Source of the DNA: Macrostomum lignano
Taxonomy: Eukaryota
Direction of reading: 5' to 3'
DNA length: 64,000 nucleotides
Assembly: GCA_002269645.1 (NCBI GenBank)
Contig: NIVC01000338.1
Span: 1 to 64,000 of the forward strand
Positions within the stretch are counted from its first letter, which is position 1, and every line of letters starts with the position of its first letter. A program made the position numbers and the translations under genes. Of this stretch, positions 55,601 through 64,000 are shown one piece after another. The notes below the pieces were generated by a model. That model worked only from the letters and a program-made list of their open reading frames with translations. It ran no database searches and was not told where the DNA came from.

Positions 55601-58600
55601 GCGTTATGATGCCCATGTTGACGCAGTAGTACCGACCTGCAATTGTGACTTATTTATTAAATTTGAGTTGAATTTGATGCACTGCTTACCGATCCCACAT
55701 GTCTGATGCACTGGATGCTTACCGATCCCACATGTCTGACTCACTGTATGCTTACCGATCCCACATGTCTGATGCACTGGATGCTTACCGATCCCACATG
55801 TCTGACTCACTGGATGCTTACTGATCCTACATGTCTGACTCACTGGATGCTTACCGATCCTACATGTCTGATGCACTGGATGCTTACCGATCCTACATGT
55901 CTGACTCACTGTATGCTTACCGATCCTACATGTCTGACTCACTGTATGCTTACCGATCCTACATGTCTGATGCACTGGATGCTTACCGATCCTACATGTC
56001 TGATGCACTGGATGCTTACCGATCCTACATGTCTGATGCACTGGATGCTTACCGATCCTACATGTCTGATGCACTGTATGCTTACCAATCCTACATGTCT
56101 GACTCACTGTATGCTTACCGATCCTACATGTCTGACTCACTGTATGCTTACCGATCCTACATGTCTGATGCACTGGATGCTTACCGATCCTACATGTCTG
56201 ATGCACTGGATGCTTACCAATCCTACATGTCTGACTCACTGTATGCTTACCGATTCTACATGTCTGACTCACTGTATGCTTACCGATCCTACATGTCTGA
56301 CTCACTGTATGCTTACTGATCCTACATGTCTGACTCACTGTATGCTTACCGATCCTACATGTCTGACTCACTGTATGCTTACCGATCCTACATGTCTGAC
56401 TCACTGTATGCTTACCGATCCTACATGTCTGACTCACTGTATGCTTACCGATCCTACATGTCTGACTCACTGGATGCTTACCAATCCTACATGTCTGACT
56501 CACTGTATGCTTACCGATCCTACATGTCTGACTCACTGTATGCTTACCGATCCCACATGTCTGACTCACTGTATGCTTACCGATCCTACATGTCTGACTC
56601 ACTGTATGCTTACCGATCCTACATGTCTGACTCACTGTATGCTTACCGATTCTACATGTCTGACTCACTGTATGCTTACCAATCCTACATGTCTGATGCA
56701 CTGTATGCTTACCGATCCTACATGTCTGACTCACTGTATGCTTACCGATTCTACATGTCTGACTCACTGTATGCTTACCGATCCTACATGTCTGACTCAC
56801 TGTATGCTTACCGATCCTACATGTCTGACTCACTGTATGCTTACCGATCCCACATGTTTGATGCACTGTATGCTTACCAATCCTACATGTCTGATGCACT
56901 GTATGCTTACCAATCCTACATGTCTGACTCACTGTATGCTTACCGATCCTACATGTCTGACTCACTGTATGCTTACCGATCCTACATGTCTGACTCACTG
57001 TATGCTTACCAATCCTACATGTCTGACTCACTGGATGCTTACCGATCCTACATGTCTGCCTCACTGGATGCTTACCGATCCTACATGTCTGATGCACTGT
57101 ATGCTTACCAATCCTACATGTCTGACTCACTGTATGCTTACCGATCCTACATGTCTGATGCACTGGATGCTTACCAATCCTACATGTCTGACTCACTGTA
57201 TGCTTACCAATCCTACATGTCTGATGCACTGTATGCTTACCGATCCTACATGTCTGATGCACTGTATGCTTACCAATCCTACATGTCTGACTCACTGTAT
57301 GCTTACCAATCCTACATGTCTGATGCACTGTATGCTTACCGATCCTACATGTCTGCCTCACTGGATGCTTACCGATCCTACATGTCTGATGCACTGTATG
57401 CTTACCGATCCTACATGTCTGATGCACTGTATGCTTACCAATCCTACATGTCTGACTCACTGTATGCTTACCGATCCTACATGTCTGATGCACTGGATGC
57501 TTACCAATCCTACATGTCTGATGCACTGTATGCTTACCAATCCTACATGTCTGACTCACTGTATGCTTACCGATCCTACATGTCTGATGCACTGGATGCT
57601 TACCAATCCTACATGTCTGATGCACTGTATGCTTACCGATCCTACATGTCTGACTCACTGTATGCTTACCGATCCTACATGTCTGACTCACTGGATGCTT
57701 ACCAATCCTACATGTCTGACTCACTGTATGCTTACCGATCCTACATGTCTGACTCACTGTATGCTTACCAATCCTACATGTCTGACTCACTGTATGCTTA
57801 CCAATCCTACATGTCTGACTCACTGTATGCTTACCAATCCTACATGTCTGACTCACTGTGTGCTTACCGATCAGCGGGAAAGTCTCCACTGCGCTGGGAA
57901 TGAGTTCGGCAAGCAGCAGCAGCAGAATGAAGAATGCGACAAAGATGTTCATGCCTGCATGGAATCGTTTGGTTTTCAGGGCTTTTTTGAGTTACATGTA
58001 CGAGTACTTTGGAGGCGGAGTTAGGAATCCCAATTATAGAAACTTTACAGAACAATCGGGGAACTCAACAGCTCCTCACCCAAGAGCATCTTGGCTGGTG
58101 CTTCAGGAGGCAGGCAGAAGACAACCAGGGTGAGCATGGACAGCAATATGCACGGCACAACCAGGATGGCAACGTAGAACGAAGGGTTCCGCATCATGCG
58201 GATGCGGTACTCCAGCAGGCGGAACTTCTTCTGCAACGGCCGGCCCAGCCAGTCATGCGCGGGCTCGTGCCGGTAGGTGACGCCGCTGCGGATCTGCATG
58301 ATCCGGTCGTCTGGGTCCGCCACGTCCATCTCGCTCTCGCCGTCCGTCTCCCACTCGTTGCTCTCAACGTAATCACTGAAGTCGACAAACGGCAGCAACT
58401 TCTGGATGGAGTAGGTGTCGTTGAGTCGCAGGTCCGTCATGGACCAGTCCAGCAGCAGTTGACGCTCGTCGTAGGTCCACGAGCCGAACCGGATGCAGCA
58501 GAGCTGAAGAGATGGTTATAGTCATGTCCATGCATTTACGCACTTAATGGGCTTGAATGTGGAGAAGCATGCCAATCCCTAGGCCAAATTTTTGTACACA

Positions 58601-60151
58601 AGCATGGAATCGAACCTTGCAGGTACTTTGAAGCGAGAGTCACATGCTCAAGCTCAAGTTTCACTTGCGAGGTGACGCAAGCAGTCAACTGAGCTGCAAC
58701 GTTCCAAAACGGGACCAACTCTGCTTAACTGGTATTTTTGATCGGGACTGAAGATCAGCAGAAATGCTGCTCTGCCCTTTGCGGAAAGCTACTTTGGATA
58801 ATCCACTAATCGCTAGACTGCTCAAAACGGCTGTCTTCACTGAATAAGAGGGCTAGCGAGACACAAGCTGAAAACAGTTAGCCGCAGTAATTACAGACAA
58901 GACAGGTCACTGAGACATTCACCTGCGTATCGAATGGGAAGTGCATAATGGTGACCTGACAGGTGGTCTTGAGCAACGCCTGCGGAATCCACAGAACTTC
59001 GCCGCTGCGATCCACTACGACTCGAGCCTCCCTGATCTCCATGGTTCTCTCGTCGGCACTGCTCAAGGTTTTAGGTTTAGAGCAAAGCATTGTTTTAAAT
59101 GACGATAGAAATTCTCTCTCTTGGTAGTTTTTGTATAAATCAACATCAAAAACTGATTGGCAAGCCTCACAAATTGTACAACTTGATGTCCGGCGTCCAG
59201 ATCTGCGATGGTGCGACCCGGATCTGCCGGATGGCGCGGAATTCCGGCTCGGTCCAGTTCTCCCAGGACAGCAGGTTGTCCCGCCAGGTCTGGAAATGGT
59301 GTGGAAGGTTGTCACATGTGTTATTAATCATCATGTTAGATTGGTGTTCGCAAGTCAGGTGCAGCCTCGTATTTGCATATTCTTGAATTGCAGCCTTCCC
59401 TATTCAGTCCCGAGTGTCAAAAGCCAATATGGAACTCACGAATCTCAACCAGCAGTTGGTTCGCAGCATCTGCTTGTTCTCCTCCAGGTCAAGAATCTGA
59501 ATCAGGGCCAGGCCCAGCCGGACAGTCATCACGTCTGAGCTGTTGACAACCGGCCGGCCGACAATGCCCCACTGCGCGTAGCGGCTCAGCAGCTGGGTTG
59601 TCAGGCGCTTCTCCACCGGCCAGCGGTGATCGCCCGGCGACCACTCCTCCTGCTCATCAGGCCTCGGCCGCCAGTCCGACTCGCTGGCGGCTCTGACGCA
59701 GCCTGAAGCGGTTTGAGCACAGCGCATCCTTGACTCAGGAAATTTACATACTGCCGCATACTAAGCTCTATCTGTACTCAATAAACGTCACTTTGCACCA
59801 TATAGCAGGTTTGAGTTCTCGGTAAATACAGAAGCGATAAACACACGGCAATGCTCCTGCAACACAACATGGACAGAAAAAGAACAGCCGGAGGGAGCGG
59901 CCGGGCCAAGTGCTTGAAACTGGTTGAAGCTGGTCACCCGCTGAAATTGCATTTCCTTCGTTCGATTGAGCGATTCAGAGAGCACTGAGAGGGGGGGCAG
60001 AGTGCCCCAGAGCACTTCAGACGGCGCAGCAGTTTCAAAACCTGAGCAGTTAGTCCTCTTGTCCCCGGAGCGCCCTGCATGTGGCTTCCCAGCTCCAGAC
60101 TTCACTTTCAGGTGATCGATGGAGCGACGAAGAAGGCTGGCCGACGAGAGC

Positions 60152-60217
<66 letters not shown>

Positions 60218-60414
60218 ACAAAGAGAGAAAGACCCAGCTTCTGAAGCCATTATTCTTGTCGCTATGGAAACAAGTGATTAATCAATCATTGATTTTTGAG
60301 CTCCGCTGGAGTTAAATTTCTCAAGCTCCATCACTTACCCAGCAAAAGCAGCAGACAAAAACGGACCAGCAACCTCGGTGGCGATGCAGCACCGCAGCCT
60401 CCTTGACGGCGCAT
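52634..60414 (-). CDS. Cys-loop receptor: nicotinic ACh receptor family, predicted anion-selective, non-alpha subunit. Exons 60414-60339, 59702-59440, 59289-59171, 59058-58923, 58503-58080, 57954-57868, 55636-55518, 53299-52634 (629 aa)
   Basis: The chain is phase-consistent and totals 1890 nt. It gives a signal peptide, EKRLTTQLL..GRPV.NSS..VRLGLALIQILDL, WTPDIKLYN, the Cys loop TCQVTIMHFPFDTQ|LCC, FGSWTYD, M1, the linker LPPEAPAKMLLG, M2, M3 and M4 (EWRTLARVLDRLFF). Loop C has no vicinal CC. Confidence 0.95.
54688..54840 (+). repeat. Dispersed repeat family, copy D (in an AChR intron)
   Basis: GGGCCGGAGGGTTGTCGTGC..AAGGGCCAACCAAGGCACAGAGTGTGTACATGCCTGAAATTAGAAAGTCAGG closely matches copy A. 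Confidence 0.8.
55680..57867 (-). repeat. 33-bp minisatellite with a splice donor in every unit (GTAAGCATACAGTGAGTCAGACATGTAGGATCG)
   Basis: About 66 copies filling the AChR intron after M2; the first unit starts at the true donor ATCG|GTAAGC. Confidence 0.97.
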
Positions 60415-61254
60415 CTGCTCCCTCGGGGGGGGGAGATAAAATGCCAGACAGAAACGGGAGGAAAGGCTGAAGACAGAGCGGCCGGCCGGGCAGCTGCGGA
60501 TGCGAGTTCGGGCTGTCCGCCTGCCTGCAGCTTCCCAGCCGCCTTTTCCATTGTTGAGGGCGAGAAGGGGAAGAACGGAGGAGAGGTGGGGAGTGGCTGA
60601 GGGGGGGGGGGAGAAATGAGCACGGGACCGGGGCCTGCAGTCTCCTCCTCTTCTTTCACCCCCCACCTTCCAATCGTGTTGAATCGCTTCTTCTTTCCAG
60701 TCATTTCTGCCCCACTATCCGCTCCCCTCTTCCCCGCTCCGAGCAGGTTGCATGCAATTGCCCGCGTCTGCTCCTGCTTTCTGTCAAGCAACCGCATGTT
60801 GCTGTCTACTTCAGTAGAGCTCGGATTAGAAAGAAAAATATTGATGAAGGTTTAAACCGGCCAGAAAAGTTCAACCGTCTCACCACAGATGCTGAATCTT
60901 AATCTGTGAATGATTAAGGAAATTGTCAGTGAACCAGTTATTCACGGCGGACACACTGAAAATAAAATGCATGGAAGCTGCAGGGACAGAGCAGCCCAGC
61001 GGTGACCGCGTCAGACCCTTACACCACGACATTGATTTGGAGCTTGTGCACAAAAATTGACTCGGGCGAGCCTCTAGCCCTAGCACTAGCCCTAGCACTA
61101 GCCCTAGCACTAGCCCTAGCACTAGCCCTGGCGAGCGGGAAGGACGGAAGGTGGAAGGTGATAGAAGAAGAGATATAGAAGTGAGACAGAAGGAGAGATA
61201 GAAATGTGATAGAAGAGAGACAGAAGAGAGATAGAAGCGAGATAAGTGGTCACT

Positions 61255-62800
61255 TACTACTTTTCACTGATCACATATTACTGGTCACTGGTCCCTTTTC
61301 ACTGGTCACTTATTACTGTTCAATGGTCAATGGTCACTGGTCACTTATCACTCGACACTGATCACAGTTTCCTAGTCACTGGTCACTGAGCACTGATTAC
61401 TGGTCACTGGTCACTGGTCACTGATCACTTATCACTGGCCACTGGTCACTTGTCACTGATCACTGATCACTGGTCACTTGTCACTGATCACTTTATTACT
61501 GGTCATTGGTCATAGAAGAGACATGGAAGCGAGATAAAAGAGAAATAGAAGTGAGACAGAAGTGAGACAGAAGTGAGACAGAAGCGAGACAGAAGCAAGA
61601 TAGAAGAGAGATAGAAGCGAGACAGAACAGAATGGATGGACAAGAGATGGAAGAGATTAAGTTGGCAGGGCAATAGAAAAACCTGTGCGACTCTGCGAGA
61701 CTCGCACAGACAGCAAAAGAAGCCAAAAGGCGGAGCGCAGCAAAGCAAAGCAGAAAAGTGGGCGAGCTGCCTCGGCAGTGCTCGGAGAAGGCGACCGCGG
61801 GGCCCGAGCGCGCTGAGGCGGAACTTGGGAAAATTAAATGCAGTCGCAGACCGAGCTCGGGGGGAGGGGGAGGAGGGAGGACAGTGGGAGGGAGAAAGGG
61901 AAGGCAGCCAAGCTAACGAACTTTACGAGGTGACGGATGCGAATCGCGCCCGGGTGAGCAAACAGCCGCCGGTGCTGCGTCTGAGTGAGTCCGGAGGGGG
62001 TAAGGAGGAGGGGGCGTCCCCCAGACACCAGCCAAATCAGAGTTCGCATTGTGCCTCGATAATAGGGCCTTATTACTGAGGCCTATTTTTAGTTAGTGGC
62101 AAATGTTTTTAAGAAACGCTTGTTTTATTTTAGCGAGCGCCACTTTATGATGTCTGAAAAAATGAAAACTGCTGTTCAAAGTCACTGGTCATTGGTCACT
62201 TACTACTTGTCACTGATCACATATTACTGGTCACTGGTCACTTGTCACTGGTCGCTTAATACTTGTCACTGATCACATATTACTGGTCACTGGTCACTTG
62301 TCACTGGTCGCTTAATACTTGTCACTGATCACATATTACTGGTCACTGGTCACTTGTCACTGGTCGCTTACTACTTGTCACTGATCACATATTACTGGTC
62401 ACTGATCACTTGTCACTGATCACTTATTACTGGTCACTGGTCACTTGTCACTGGTCACTGGTCACTTGTCACTGGTCACTGCTCACTGATCACTTGTCAC
62501 TGATCACTTATTACTGGTCACTGGTCACTTGTCACTGGTCACTGGTCACTTGTCACTTGTCACTGGTCACTGCTCACTGATCACTTGTCACTGATCACTT
62601 ATTACTGGTCACTGGTCACTTGTCACTGGTCACTTGTCACTGGTCACTTGTCACTGGTCACTTGTCACTGGTCACTTGTCACTGGTCACTGAGCACTGAT
62701 TAAAGGTCACTGGTCACTGGTCACTTGTCACTGATCACTTATCACTGGTCACTGGTCACGTGTCAATGATAACTTATTACTGGTCACTGGTCACTGTGCA
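61255..62800. repeat. Two arrays of the same TGGTCAC(T)-based repeat (61255-61510 and 62180-62800), interleaved with GA-rich repeats
   Basis: Both share TCACTGATCACATATTACTGGTCACTGGTC in the same orientation. Confidence 0.85.
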
Positions 62801-63449
62801 CAGTGAACTGCAGCAGTCGTGAATTGGCTATCACGCTAAGTGAATTTCTAGTTTTTTACTGAAGTATTTCTGTTTTCATGTTAACACAAAAGAACAAAAC
62901 ATTACCCAATTCAGCAATGGTTGCAATAAAATAAAAAATTCCCATTCAGTGACTCGCTTGACTTTCCAAGAGATCCCTCCCAGGTAGTCCCGGCCGGCTG
63001 CCAGAGCTATAAATGTCGACTTTCCGATTCGAGAGGAGGTTGCGACAAGGTGCGAGAGAGCAGCTTAGGGGACTGTTCGAGTAGCTCGGGCTGAGAGCCG
63101 CTCCCAGCTCCCGAGCACGCCTCATCAATAATAAACATACGCGCTTAGCAGCTGCAGGCTGGGAGAGACAGAAGTTGAGAAGCTCAACGAAGATCTCAGA
63201 GTTGCCTTGAGTGTCACAGCTGTCCCTGCTCTGCTTGTGCTGTGCTGCAGGGCACAACTCCCATGTTTTGAGATATTCAGGTCCGGCCTAGCAACACGAT
63301 ATGGGATTTTAATCCTTCTACCAAATGGACAAGCAGCACTCATGCCTGACCCCATCATATCGTTGTTATTGCCCTGGTGTGATCAGAATGATTCTGTGTT
63401 TAAAATTGCCATTTAGCATGGACGTCTGGTGACTCTTTGCAAAATGGGA

Positions 63450-64000
63450 AATGGGAGGGGAGATGGGAGTGCAAATGGGAGGGGGGTGGAAGAGGGAGAT
63501 GGGAGGGGAGATTGGAGGGGGAGATGGGAAGGGAGATGGGAGGGAGAGATGGGAAGGGAGATGGGAGGGGGAGATGGGAGGGGAGATGGGAAGGGAGATG
63601 GGATGGGGAGATGGGATGGGGAGATGGGAGGGGAGATGGGAAGGGAGATGGGAGGGGAGATGGGATGGGGAGATGGGAGGGGAGATGGGAAGGGAGATGG
63701 GAGGGGAGATGGGATGGGGAGATGGGAGGGGAGATGGGAAGGGAGATGGGAGGGGAGATGGGAAGGGAGATGGGAGGGGAGATGGGAAGGGAGATGGGAG
63801 GGGGAGATGGGAGGGGAAGATGGGAGGGGAAGATGGGAGGGAGAGATGGGAGGGGAGATGGGAGGGAAGATGGGAGGGGAGATGGGAGGGGAGATGGGAG
63901 GGAAGATGGGAGGGGAGATGGGAGGGGAGATGAGAGGGGAGATGAGAGGGGAGATGGGAGGGGAAGATGGGAGGGGAGATGGGAGGGAGAGATGGGAGGG
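63450..64000. repeat. G-rich about 12-bp repeat GGGAGATGGGA(G/A), running off the window end
   Basis: Direct observation. Confidence 0.95.

Overview
This is eukaryotic (animal) genomic DNA with GC-rich exons, AT-rich spacers and a different tandem repeat in most long introns. The gene set and style resemble a free-living flatworm such as Macrostomum, which is an inference only. I built seven gene models by hand, plus one single-exon gene. (1) The 3' part of a long intronless cadherin with a membrane-adjacent non-EC domain; its first 1.3 kb is riddled with indels. (2) A single-exon TSP1-domain membrane protein. (3) An ANO10-like anoctamin. (4) A COLGALT-like procollagen galactosyltransferase with a His-Pro linker. 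(5) An iGluR/GluR0-like channel carrying the K+ filter TTVGYGD. (6) CaMKIV on the minus strand, head-to-head with (7) an ANKDD1-like ankyrin/death-domain gene. (8) An anion-type (Pro-Ala-Lys) non-alpha nicotinic ACh receptor subunit on the minus strand. Non-genic highlights are a palindromic Penelope-like insertion with two minimal hammerhead ribozymes and a 15-bp target-site duplication, minisatellites that amplify splice junctions (about 66 in-frame donors in the AChR gene), a CRE array in a CaMKIV intron, a pre-miRNA-like hairpin and a four-copy hairpin repeat family. Most long ORFs in the supplied track are repeat read-throughs or antisense shadows. All exon coordinates were counted by hand, and repeat boundaries are approximate.
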